Shown: positions 27,893 through 42,136 of the stretch, in pieces | Layout of the letters: the number at the start of each line of letters is the position of its first letter | Numbering within the stretch: the first letter of the stretch is position 1 | Origin: the human T2T-CHM13v2.0 reference genome, Homo sapiens | Length of the DNA stretch: 64,000 nt | NCBI RefSeq assembly: GCF_009914755.1 | Contig: NC_060931.1 | Direction: 5' to 3' (one strand) | Notes under the pieces: model-generated | What the model saw: the letters and a program-made list of their open reading frames with translations, nothing else | The model's database searches: none | What the model was told of the DNA's origin: nothing | Program-made: the position numbers and the translations under genes

Positions 27893-27940
27893 CATTTCAT
27901 CTCCAAGGGTTCTCCACATTTCATCTCCAAGGGTTCTCCA
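27893..27940 (+). repeat. Perfect 24-bp tandem duplication
   Basis: catttcatctccaagggttctcca x2. Confidence 0.95.
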
Positions 27941-29968
27941 AGCTATGACTTTCCCTAATCATGGCTAACTGTAAGGAAAGGCACACACCCCAGACAGATG
28001 TTTTTTTATTTTTTTCTCCTTAAAATAGAAACCGAATTTGCTGTCTTGAACCTTCCCTCACTAATTAGTTCAGTCTCTAGAAGTCTTGTCACAGATGGTT
28101 CCTAACATACATGCTGAGACCACACATACCTTTATCTGATCCTTTCTGTACTCTTTAACCAACTCCTTTCCTCTGCCCCCGACAACACAATGCCCTTATA
28201 AATATTTCCTCATTAAAAAATAAAAGTTCAAGGACTCTCTTGTCTTCCTTAAAAAGATGATATTATTTTATAAATGCCCACAGAATCTGCTTTTTATACA
28301 ATGAAATGAGACTGAACTGGAGACCCAGTACTCAGGCTCTGACTCATCTCTGTCCTTAACTCCCTGCTGTCAAGCCCCCCGCCCGAGTTCCTGCCTCTAG
28401 GCATTAGGTTTCCACAGCTAGAAAATGAAGAGTTTTGTTTAAGATCCCTTCCATACTCCAAAAGATAAAAAACTATTTTTAAACATCGAAGCATACAAAT
28501 TTTAATCTAAGGAAGATAAGAAACCAATTAGGACGACTGAATTATTCATGAACCACCCCCCAACTCAGCTATAAAGTTTTCAAGCCACTAATTAAGTACA
28601 AATTCTAACTAATGTCTCCATTAGTTTGAAAGGTCTTAGTAATTTTAAATTTTGGGAAAGCAAACATAAATATGCAACATTATTAGTAATAAATCACAAA
28701 CTGTTTAAAAATCTAAATATAATTAGCAGCCTATTTTGTGTAACGCACACACACACAGACTGATGCCGATGTAAGCAAGCACTGTTTTTCAACAAATTAA
28801 CTCCCTTCCTAATATTGGACATTCAGAGCTCTCTGTCCTATTACCTTTGGCTAGTTAAAGTTGTAATTATTTCGAATTTAGACAATAACTCTAATTGGGT
28901 CAACATGGTAAAAACTGTAATGCCATGGCCGCAATGTAAGAATTTCTTTTTCTTTCAAGGGGTACTAAAAGAATAGAAGTTCAATATTTTCCCATAGTTT
29001 TCCAAAAGGACAATTTGGGGGCAGCTGCAGGTTGACATTAAACATTTGAATTGAATTCACTAAATAACTCAGTATCTAAGGAATGTAATAAAACAAACAC
29101 ACAATTATTAACAATGGTCTTCAGTATCACCAAGGGTGATATTAACAGCTGGAAGAATTATGTTTTATCAGCTACTCAGTGGTATTGATTTTGGATGGAA
29201 ACTTGTGAGTTTGGGGTAAAAGTCACTGCATTTTATTTCAGTTCCCCAGATCACACCACACTCTCAGTACCAAAAGGAAAATATGACACTGGGGAACTTT
29301 TCTGTTTACCTCTCTACATGGGGGAGCTGTTTTTCTCAGAAATAATTGAGGTTTTCTAAAATCTGCAAATCACCATAAAATAAAAGCCAAGACCTAGACT
29401 TACCCTCAAAACTGAGTGCTCAAAAGAGATTAGTACTAAATGCTTCTCTGTTTTGACTGAGTACGGTACAACAAAATAACACAAGATGATATGTAGTCAA
29501 TGTATAGAAATAGTTAAATCAGGAGAGAAATATAAAACATATTTAATATGTGAATTAAATATTTGTAAACATGATTGAAAATTACATTTTATAGTTAGAA
29601 TTATGAAAATTATGTAGTTTTAATTTATTACCCCACAAATTTACACTTGCATTGAAAAACCTCTTCTTAAAAATAAATATGAAAAAATATTAATTCATTG
29701 GAATTAATGATATTCCATTCATTGTAGATAAGTAATTCATTGTAGATAAGTAATTCCATTCATTGTAGATGAATGAATATTCCATTGTAGATGAATGGAA
29801 TATCATCAAAAAATATTAATTCATTGTAGTAGAAGTTCTCCAACAAAACTTCCAAGAAATCCACAACATATTTTGTTTTCTCTATAAAATAAATTACAAT
29901 ATTTTGAATAAGTTAAAATATTCATCATCTTACCTAATTGCTTGATGGTGAACATTAATAATGCCTTG

Positions 29969-30710
29969 TTTTTTTTATTATACTTAAAGTTTTAGGGTAC
30001 ATGTGCACAATGTGCAGGTTAGTAACATATGTATACACGTGCCATGCTGATGTGCTGCACCCATTAACTCGTCATTTAACATCAGGTATATCTCCTAATG
30101 CTATCCCTCCCCCCTCTCCCCACCCCATAACAGGCCCCAGTGTGGGATGTTCCCCTTCCTGTGTTCATGTGTTCTCATTGTTCAATTCCCACCTATCAGT
30201 GAGAATATACGGTGTTTGGTTTTTTTGTCCTTGCAACAGTTTGCTGAGAATGATGGTTTCCAGCTTCATCCATGTCCCTACAAAGGACATGAACTCATCA
30301 TTTTTTAAGGCTGCATAGTATTCCATGGTGTATATGGGCCACATTTCTTAATCCAGTCTATCATTGTTGGACATTTGGGTTGGTTCCAAGTCTTTGCTAT
30401 TGTGAATAGTGCCGCAATAAACATACGTGTGCATGTGTCTTTATAGCAGCATGATTTCTAATTCTTTGGGTATATACCCAGTAATGCGATTGCTGGGTCA
30501 AATAGTATTTCTAGTTCTAGGTCCCTGAGGAATCACCACACTGACTTCCACAATGGTTGAACTAGTTTACAGTCCCGCCAACAGTGGAAAGGTGTTCCTA
30601 TTTCTCCACATCCTCTCCAGCACCTGTTGTTTCTTGACTTTTTAATGATTACTATTCTAACTGGTGTGAGATGGTATCTCATTGTGGTTTTGATTTGCAT
30701 TTCTCTGATG
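29969..30710 (-). mobile_element. 5'-truncated L1PA (~740 bp) with TSD
   Basis: Canonical L1PA 3' UTR on the minus strand; aataatgcct at 29957 and 30711. Confidence 0.95.
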
Positions 30711-30815
30711 AATAATGCCTCATTTTAAAATAACCCCCAAAATACATCTAAGTATGTTTGATTCTTGAGTTTTCATTCAAATAGAGAAAACAGTGTTAAA
30801 AAATATCTTACATAT

Positions 30816-31125
30816 GGCCGGGCGCGGTGGCTCATGCCTGTAATCCCAGCACTTTGGGAGGCCGAGGTGGGGGGATCAGGAGGTCAGGAGATCGAGACCA
30901 TCCCTGGCTAGCACGGTGAAACCCAGTCTCTACTAAAAATACAAAAAAATTAGCCAGGTGTGTGGTGGCGGGCGCCTGTGGAGGCAGAGCTTGCAGTGAG
31001 CCGAGATCGCGTCATTGCACTCCAGCCTGGGCAACAGAGTGAGACTGCATCTCAAAACAAAACAAAACAAAACAAACAAACAAAAGTCTCAAAAACAAAA
31101 AACAAAAAAACAAAACAAAACAAAA
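30816..31125 (+). mobile_element. AluY with internal right-arm deletion and (CAAAA)n tail
   Basis: gagatcgagaccatcc and agcttgcagtgagccgagatcgc; jumps directly from cgcctgt to ggaggc. Confidence 0.9.
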
Positions 31126-31352
31126 ATACCTTACTTACTTATTCTCATTTAGGGGACTTAATGCCTAATATATATACTTATTTTTGGCAGCAGGTTTACT
31201 GTTATACATTTGTCTTAAGATAATATTAAAAACCTGACTGTAATTTCATAGCAGAAAATGAATGATGACAGAAGATTGGGAAAGGAAGACAGTCATTCCA
31301 CGTTGGCTAGCTGGCAGGAAGGAAACAAACTGGAACTTAAAAATTGGCTGAG

Positions 31353-31649
31353 GGCCAGGTGCAGTGGCTCACATGTGTAATCCCAGCACTTTGGGAGGCT
31401 GAGACAGGTGGATCACTTGAGGTCAGGATTTTGAGACCAGTCTGGTGAACATGGTGGAACCCCGTCTCTACCAAAAATATAAAAATTAGCTGGGTGTGGT
31501 GGTGCACGCCTGTAATCCCAGCTACTTGGGAGGCTGAGGCATGAGAATCGCTTGAACTTCGGAGGCCACTGGAAGTGCCACTGGGAGTGTCACTGCACTC
31601 CAGCCTGGGCGATGGAACAAGCTCTGTCTCAAACAAAACAAACAAAAAA
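31353..31649 (+). mobile_element. AluS
   Basis: Dimer with a rearranged right arm. Confidence 0.92.
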
Positions 31650-31839
31650 CCGGCTTAGGATAATTTGCAGAATGAATGATTCGCATATGGATAATTGCAT
31701 GTGGTTTTATTAACAACCACTGAGAGCAGGCCTTATGGTTGAATCTAAGGTAGGAATTGTAAGCTTATAATAGCATCTTTGGAAATGAAATGAAATTGGA
31801 TAGGAGAATGAATAAGACTAACAAAATCTACAGTATTTA

Positions 31840-32035
31840 TTGTGTTATATGTGAGTTATCATCTTATTTAATGCTCACTGACAATGACACTGTTGGTGCT
31901 ATTATTTTCCTTCTTTTATAGATATAGCACCTAGAGTTTGGAGAGGTTAAGCTATTGTCAAAGGTCAAGTAGTAAGTGACAGAGAGACGTGAATCTGTCT
32001 AGCACCAAAGCTCATGTTGTTAATTACTCTAACAT
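31840..32035 (-). mobile_element. MIR
   Basis: agaggttaag...caaggtca...agtaagtgacaga. Confidence 0.65.
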
Positions 32036-33511
32036 GATGCCTCCCTTACTAGAACAGAGGTTTTTAACCTGGTGCCCTAAATTTAGGATGTCCATGGAAA
32101 GTACAATATTACAAATGATTTCATGTCTATGTGATTTCCCCCCCACCAGTTTTATCACAGACTCAAAGAGGTGAACAACCAAAGGAAGTTAAGAAAGACT
32201 AGACTAGAGCCATGAACAAAACCAATAAAGATTTTTCTTTAAACAAAGACAACTACAAAAACATGAGTTTAGGTTTACAACCAGAAAGATATAGCAGTGG
32301 CCTTCTGGGATGAGAGCAGCAAAAACATGTGCAGTTTTAACATATAAAACGTTCTAAATAAAGTATAATAAAAAAAGTTCCAAATGTATTAACAGTGTGA
32401 AGAAGTTCCTTGGAGAGTCAGAGCAGACTTGGGCTGCAGGAAGACAGGGAAGAAGGAAGGAAAGCACCTCTCATTTGGGTCTGGGTTATTCAGGTCACAT
32501 GGTGAGCACTGTGTTCTTCTGAGCACCACACTCCAGAAGAACACTGAGAAATGGAGTGAGGTCTATTCAGGGTAAGGTGATGAGAATGGCAATGGGCACG
32601 AAAACCCTATCGTGAGACAGAGTTGTTTTATATAGGAATAAAGAGTAGCAGAAGAAAATACATGACAGAAGACAACTGTTGCATTGATCAAAGAGAATGG
32701 GTCAGAACCAGAGGTTAGGAGGAGGCAGAGTTCATCTTGGTGCATCATGACAAGAATTTTATTCAGTAGGGAATTAGTGACTCCATGGTCACTTCAAGTG
32801 CTGAAACAAAGGTTGTCAGTGGTAACCAAACTTGAGACTAAATGAAACTTAAAAAAGCATCACAGGAAAGGCCTAGGAATCCGTATGTTAAAATCTTGAT
32901 AAAAAACAGTTTGTTTTGTTTGCTGGAAGACCATCTACCAGAATGACTGTAAAATTTATTATTAAATTGAGAATAAAAGTATCAATAGAGAGCTTTTACA
33001 TTCTCCTTAATTTCTAAATGTTGAATGAGCAAGTCATACCACACAGCAATATCTCCCTATCATCTGTACAAATGAACCAACTCTCAGGCCAGCAATATTA
33101 CCGCAATGGACTTAAGCAGGAGCCTTAACATAACATGATTTCTACAATAATGAATTATTAAGGTCTTTCAGAGATGTAAATGTTCTCAAGTACTTTAGAA
33201 ATGCCAGCCTTTGAAGATTTTCAGATTCATAAGGTACAATAAAGTTCATAAAGAAGGGTGCCTAGGTTATCAGACTTCAGTGAAGGTAGGAGGATGCAAA
33301 TGAGAAGACCTTCAGAGCCCACTGGAGTGTGGGAGTCTCCCCGGGCTCCCTTAGTCTCTGGCCTGACATAATCGGGCAGGCTGAGCAAACCTAAATGTTA
33401 CCCATGCGAACTCTTGTCAGGCCGGTGTGAGGGCACAGTAAAAATACATTCACATTCAACATTCTCCCACCCCTCCCCATTTCACATATGAAAGAAAACG
33501 CAAATGCTCAC

Positions 33512-33668
33512 TGTCATTTCGGAGGAAATTATTAAGCAGTTGGAAAAGAGGAAAACTATCCCAGGAGTCTTGCGGTTGAGCCTCTAGTGCAGTGTCCATA
33601 TCCACTGTAAATAAAGCCCAAAATTTCTCTGCATGTTCAGCCAATAAATCAGGCCACCAGGCAAATGC
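33512..33668 (-). CDS. CADPS2: CADPS2 exon, 157 nt, phase 0-1 ([52 protein letters not shown])
   Basis: ttttgtag|GCA TTT GCC...GAC A|gtgagc. Overlaps ORF 33456..33644. Confidence 0.97.
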
Positions 33669-33959
33669 CTACAAAAGGATAAAAACATAAAGGAGAAAAG
33701 TAGATTACTTTTTAGAAACATGCACAAGTACTGTGCCAGTTGAAAATATTTTATAACATGTCTTAGTTTCACAAACAGGTATGATAAACAAAATATAATA
33801 GTTTTTAACCTGAGAAAAATTTTATAGGTACACATTAAAATCATAGATTTGGCACTGAGGAATGAAATAGAAAATAGAATTAAAATGTACAAGGACATTT
33901 ATTCCTTTATAAAAGAAATACATGATTAGTTTACAACATTTAGAACATATATAAAACAA

Positions 33960-34705
<746 letters not shown>

Positions 34706-36033
34706 TGAATTGGATTATAACAGGAAAATACAAACCACAAAAAAGGGGATTGCAAAATTTTGACACACTATTTTCTTAAGAACTTTCCATGTTTATAAAA
34801 ATTTCATGTTTCACATTTATAGTAAATATGGCCTTAAAATAATAGATATAAAATAATAATCAGTAACTAAAAAGATTGCCATGTAATTAATTAGCAGATG
34901 GTAAAGGCTGACTTAAGGAAGAACAGTGTAGTATAAAATAATAGATTTGAGAGTTGGGGACATTTTAATGCCTGGCTCAATGCTGTGACCAATATATGAA
35001 TGTGAAAACTGGTTGGGAATGGTATGCATGATGAAAATTGAGCATACTGTTTTTTGCATATATTACCTTTGAATATTTTTTGGTTAAATATGTGATAAAA
35101 TGGGTATATGACCTAACGTAAAAACACACAAAAAAGTATACATGATTTCATTACACAGATCTTGCGCCTATCTTTTGTAGCTATAGTGGTGACAAAAGAA
35201 GAACCTGAGATTCTCAGCTCTGAGTAGAGCAGCACAGAAAAATGCAGTCCTGCAAAGAGACATTTTCAAAATCTCACTTCCAGTTCACAGCCAATATCTT
35301 TGCAAAAGGTTAAAATTAAGAAAATAACAGTCATGTTAGTTCAGGTTGTTTCAGGACTCTGAGAAAAATTCCTAAAGGTCTTCTTAAAGTTAACTTGGAA
35401 GACAGAGCCAGGATGAGGAATGAAATAAAATGGAATACACTTTTTTTTTTTCAAAACAGCTTCAGGTTGGCAAGATTTTGCCATCAACTGGAAAATTTCA
35501 TTGTTTTGCAGAAGTATATATTTATATCTCAAGTTGTACTCCTGATGATGCTATTCTTAATGAATGTAAGCCAATCTGTGATGAATGCCTCTTCTCCTAA
35601 TGATGGCTAAATAACGCTTTAAGCAATCACTGTCTTTGAAAAATGAAAGCAACAGTTGCAGTTATCTTGAGAATACAGGGTCTTGTCTACAACCTGTCCC
35701 CTTCTCTTTCTTGCCATCCCACCCTGGGTTGGTAGGAAGATGAGGGGCTGTATAATTCCCTCCCTAGGGTATTACTTCCTGTGGGGTGGCTGAGATTCAA
35801 CAGCATCAAGGTCTCCACCAGGGAGGAGAAAACCTCCCTCAGAAATGCATCCATCTACAGGGTACTAAACAGAAGTCATGATTATCTGGGTTAAAGTTCT
35901 TTTGGCTTTAATGCTAAGCCACTAATTAGTGTAAATGAGATGGCAGAGGCAGAAGGCAATGTTTAATTTGCTTAAGAGGGAAATATAAAACAAACCTTGA
36001 TTTTAAGTCCTTCAGCTTAAAAAACTTACTACT

Positions 36034-36479
<446 letters not shown>

Positions 36480-36668
36480 CTAGAAGCAGAGTACTGAGCT
36501 TTTGAGCTTAGTGATGATACTTGAGTGATAACGGTCAAATCAGTTCACTGGGTGGATTCTCATTTATTTATCTGCAAATAGGCAATAACAATACTTGCCC
36601 TAACCTCTCCCAGTGTTGCTGTGAAAATCAAATAAATATAAAAGTTTATTGCTGTGCAAATGTAATAA

Positions 36669-36738
36669 TTGACTACCGCAATCAGTAATTACAAATATGT
36701 GTTGACTACCGCAATCAGTAATTACAAATATGTGTTGA
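36669..36738 (+). repeat. Perfect 33-bp tandem duplication
   Basis: ttgactaccgcaatcagtaattacaaatatgtg x2, plus ttga. Confidence 0.95.
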
Positions 36739-36799
36739 AATTCATATAAATCTTATGTGAGTTTATGTGTTTTAAAAATAATGTCCAACACAAATTAAA

Positions 36800-37010
36800 T
36801 GGTGTTTATGTGCCAAGTACTGTTCTAAAGGTTTTATAAACATCATCTTACTTAGTCCCCCAAACAATTATTTCAGGTAGATTGTACAATTATCCTTACT
36901 TTATAGGTTAGCAAACAGAGATTAAATAACTTGCCCAAAGTCATACAGTTGGTAGATAACAAAGCAATGATTGAATCTAAGTCAGCTGGAGCCTAGAGAC
37001 CAAGTTCTTA
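36800..37010 (-). mobile_element. MIR
   Basis: atgtgccaagtactgttctaa...taaataacttgcccaaagtcatacag. Confidence 0.75.
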
Positions 37011-37175
37011 CACATATAGTGTCTTCTTAAGGGAGGCATATGGCACACTGCCTATCATCTCTCTCTCTCTCCATCCATCCATCCATCCATCCATCTACCA
37101 TCAGCAGATCAGACCACTGTTAGTATCTTTTGATTTATGGCTTGATTTCTTTATATCTTTTCTACTTTTTATTAA

Positions 37176-37491
<316 letters not shown>

Positions 37492-40039
37492 TTATTACTT
37501 TTGCCCTCAAAATATAATAAAAATTTATAACTTAAAACAAAAAAGGAGGATGGCTGCCTAAACGAGCAAAAACAGTGAGTCTGACTTTGAAATACATTTT
37601 GTGCCTATTTATTCCCCAAGACAAGATTAGTTTGCAATTCTGTACTTTGTTGATAATCCTAAAGGTTCTGGAGACAATCCAGTGTCTATAGTATCCCCTG
37701 CCCCTGCCACACACATACACACATACTCACATACACAGCGACATGATTCTGAGGGCCATATTCTAAAAATATTTAAGTTCTCTTGAGGGACAGACGAATG
37801 AACAGGTGACACCTATTGTCTAACTAATCATAAGTTTTTTACAACTTCCGTGATTCACTGATAATCAGGTTCATAAACATAGATATAGCAATAACCAAGT
37901 GAGATGATGAGCTGAAAATGCTCCAAAACATGAGAATGTAAAGTATTATCCTCATTCATATATATTATAAATCAGTAAATAATGAACAAACATTTTTGGT
38001 AGAGCATTCATGCTCATGCAATTGGTTTTGACAGTCACTGCTGAAATGGGAATTCTACTTCTACACCTGAGCTGTATGCAAGCTACTTGATGGTCATCCT
38101 CTTCCAAGATGAGGGACATTTGTTGGTCAGAGGCTAATATAACTTTAAATTTGAACGCATCCTAAAAAAAGATTTATCTCACTGACTATCCAGATATCAA
38201 CAATGTGTAATTGAGGTCATTTCAACTGCTGAGACTATTGTAATCTAGTTGGTCGACAGGAAATCGATTTTGTTCATGGTCAATTATTTTGCATAACCAC
38301 ACTTTAGTATATTCCTTAGGCATGCATGCCAGTTGGAGAGGAATAAGGGTACACACAAACAAAAATAAATTAAAAAAATCAAATACCCTTTCTCTTTACA
38401 TTAGAATCCAACCAGAAGCATAATTTGGTTCAGATACTGATATTTAGGGGAATGCACATATGCACAAATACGTGTGTTCACACTGAACTCTCACTGTCCA
38501 GGCTCTTGTTGAAGCAGCCCAGCAAATGAATCAACCATTTGCAGTGAACTGAGAGCTGTCTGCATTGCAAATACCAAATTACTGCCAAACAACCTTCTTG
38601 CCCACGGTGGAATGGATTTGGTGGATGACATCGTATTTAAAATATTTTAAGGATCTTAAGTCAATATTTTGCTGTAATAATAAGCAACCAAGTAACGACT
38701 TGAGTCGTGCTCATATTTTTCATGATCCCTCCCTCTCAGCCCTTCTACTGATATTCTCCGCACTCCATCCATCCCCCTTAGGCAGAGTCCTTGGAGATAT
38801 ACCAGAGTACAAGGAAGGAAGAGAATGACAGAATGGAAAGGGACATCACCAGGTTTGCATTGTGATCACCACGCTATGCATCTACATCCCTGTTGTGATG
38901 CTGTGGTTCAAATCTGTCAGCAGAACTAAGGCAGGACAATCACTCCTGCAATTCTACTTAAATTGCAAAACAGCAATGTGGTTTATTGGAAAATGTCCAG
39001 GTCTGGAGCCTGGCCTGAGTCTTCACCCAATCACTCACTAGCTGTGCATCTGTGGTGAGTTGCTCAACTTTCTTGGGTCTGTTTTCTTATCAGCAAAATG
39101 GTGTGTGTGGAGGGGGGCATACTGGTGAGGGACTATGGCTTTTTCAGCAGGCATCTGACACCTCCTAGCTCTGTCAAAGAAAGTGGCTTTTAGATGGAGA
39201 GTTGTCAGATCAGTTTGCCTAAAATATCTGGTCAGAGATGGTCTGGTCACTGAAATGTGGAGACAGCCTTAAAGATTTTCTGGAAAGGAACTTAAACTAT
39301 CTTTCTAAGGAGAAAACACAGGAATTCTGCAGAAAAGCCTGAGAAGAGAGGTTGAGAGGCCTTCAAAGAGAAGGGAAAACTGCCTGGTAAGGTACTGTCA
39401 AAGATCTGAAGGACATGAAACCTGCTTAACTGAGAAATTGTTGAAGGATAGAAACAACCTCTTAGCCCTGTAAAGTAAACTGCCACTGTGGAGAGAGGGA
39501 GAATGAAAATAAAAGGAGCTGACATGCGAGCCACTTGAAGGTCTCTTTGAGGCAGATACATTAACCTCCACCAAGGGAGCTGAGCCAGGTGCTCTTTCAT
39601 GGAGCAAAGGAACTCTAGCTTGAACATCCAGCAAAATAAGTATCAGTGCAGAATGCAGTCCACCAATTCACTCTGGAAGTCAGTCTGGAATCAGACCAAT
39701 TCACTCCCCAATATTGTTCAGAGAAAACGTGAGATTTTCTGTTTTGCTTTGTTTTTTAAAGGACAAAAAACAACCAAAGACACAAACCAAATATCAACAT
39801 CCCTTCAGTCATGTTTTACTTAGATGGCCATCAGTAACTATGCAAGCAATTATTAATAATATACATACACAAAACAATATAACAAAAATTAGCACATTCA
39901 AAGAAAAACAGACATTCTGTAATTTCAAAGAAAGGACTAATTGGCTTTAAAATGGACTACAATCAGAGTAGATTGTATTTTAAATTCACATAAAAGAGGT
40001 ATCCTATGCTAATAAAATAGTGGAAATCATTTTACTCAC

Positions 40040-40048
40040 CTCTCTTCC
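40040..40048 (-). CDS. CADPS2: CADPS2 9-nt microexon (GRE), phase 0-0
   Basis: cctcag|GGAAGAGAG|gtgagt. Supplies the GRE of ...EHHAE-GRE-AFAWW... as I recall in CAPS2. Confidence 0.88.
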
Positions 40049-41871
40049 CTGAGGGTTTCCAAGAATTTGGAAGCATTGCAGAGTAGAACAATTGCCATAG
40101 TGTTACAAAACATCTTTAAAAAAGGTCATCATAATAGTCCTATATTTCAGTATATCGTATAGTGATATTTATGAATAATGATTATCTCTATTTAATAAAG
40201 TCAACTTTATTTTGTGGATTAGTAAATAAGATATACATTTTAATTGTGTTTGGATACATTATACTTTGACAAGCATTTTAGTGATTGCAAGAAGTATAAT
40301 TAACATTTAATTTTTAGTTTTTGTAAAATGTTTGAGAATAAAAGATATACCTGTTTTGCTGAAATATATACTGCAATTGAATATCCAATTATTAATAGAT
40401 TTTTTAATTCAAAAATCCTAACACTCTGACAATAATGCCTTTTAACAAAAGACAAAGACAAAACATACATATATTTTATCACATAATCACTTTCATTGTA
40501 ACATAGCTGTGTTACCAGCCTAGAAAAGAACCTCCTGGGAATTCATTTCAAATTATTGAAGCAGCTGTTTCTTCAGTTTAAAATAAAATATCCATAACAA
40601 GTTCACACATGACAGATGCAAGCTAAAAACTAGATTCCACAGTGTGAGCTAAAAGCAGATGTTTTGAATAATCATATTTATAACCAGATATCATATTTAT
40701 AACCAGATACAATAAATCTTAGTTACCTATAGTAAGGATTCATGAGCACTCTTTTCTATGAATTGGCTTAAAATGTAGTTCCTGTAGTTTCTTAGATTTT
40801 TTAGAACTAGGCTTCATTAAATACAAAAATTCTGTAAACTCACATGTATTTGGTCATTTTTATTCTTGCTCATTTCATGTGCTTCCTCAAGAATAAAAGC
40901 ACTGTCAGGGCACTGACATTTATTATATTTATTTAATGCTACACATTCTCCCCACCCAACTCAAAGTCAGAAAACTCTTTCATTTTTGTTAACAAACTCA
41001 TGGCTATTAGAAAGAGTGAGAATTTTAAGTCTCAGAATGAGCAGTTTGCTTGGTGAAAAGCCACTCTAGATCTTTAGTGAATGTTAATATGTAATTAGAA
41101 CTTTAAAAAATTATAAACAATACAGGTTTGATTAAAACTTAATTCAAAAAAGTGAAAAGTTCAATGTTGAGAGCGAAAGCCTAGAGTTATCAACCATACG
41201 CTTATGATTGTTTTCTACTAAAGTTTTGTTTTATAGTATGTCACAAATTTTCCCCTTCCACGTTAACTTACATTTCTAAACCAAAGCAATCATGGCATAG
41301 GGGGAAAAGCACGTGATGCAGCATTGTAAGACGGGTTTGTGTTCCGTCTTTGCCTCTCACCAGTTACACATTTGGACTGAAGGCAGTGCAGGCTGATTAA
41401 TTATAGGACTTTTCTGTAGCCCTTGCTGTTAACTAAATGCACTCAGTGTTAACTAACTGCCCTCAATGAAAGGCAGGCAAACTATTTATGGAATTATGAG
41501 AGAAATAGAGTGAGATTTCTTTCCTTTGTTACTGCAGTCTTGCTATTACCAACGAGACAGCAAATACAGAACCAAAAAAAAAAAAAAAAAAAGAAAAGCC
41601 CAGTGGAAATTACCCCTTGGTTTGGGAAATAAAAATATCTTCTTGCAGAATAGCTCTGAAAGTTGCCTTAGGGTCACTGCAAGCCCTCTTGTGGTCATTA
41701 ACTTTCCCCCTTCTTCAATAACTGATGAGCTAATTTCTCATGGCACAGATCCCATCAGTGTTTGTTGTCAGGAATAAACATGAAATTATACACACACACA
41801 ATTGCTTTGTAATATATAGGAGTTATGTTTTTAGAAAATTCACATATGTTCTCATGTGTGAATGTGCAATG

Positions 41872-41931
41872 GGATGTACAGTGATGCAGTGAAACACTGC
41901 TTATCGTTGGTGCTTATTCGTTAAATGTTCA
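41872..41931 (+). repeat. 60-bp dispersed direct repeat, copy 1
   Basis: 53/60 identical to 43164-43223 by hand alignment. Confidence 0.9.
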
Positions 41932-42032
41932 GATATGTATCAAGACTATGGGCAGGCCACTTATTCAGTGTAGCCACAACCATGGTGAAGCCTTACATAT
42001 AGCTTTATACTACAGTGAAAACAGGTCATCAC

Positions 42033-42136
42033 CTCTGCATGATGCTCTTCATTCTGCTGTAAGACTTCTATGCAGAGCTCTGCCAGATGAAGAATCTCTT
42101 CCAGCTTTCTAGCAGGAGATGCCTGGTTCATGGTCT
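42033..42136 (-). CDS. CADPS2: CADPS2 exon, 104 nt, phase 1-0 ((E)TMNQASPARKLEEILHLAELCIEVLQQNEEHHAE)
   Basis: tttttttcatatag|AG ACC ATG...GCA GAG|gtgatg. Lies within ORF 41961..42350. Confidence 0.96.

Noticed and set aside
29682-29826. CRISPR-like or MITE interpretation of the short repeats
   Set aside because: Eukaryotic intron, no unique spacers, and the units copy adjacent sequence.
41886-41900. CAGTGN within the repeat hairpin as an iron-responsive element
   Set aside because: CAGUG lies in the stem rather than the loop, there is no C-bulge stem geometry, and the site is intronic.
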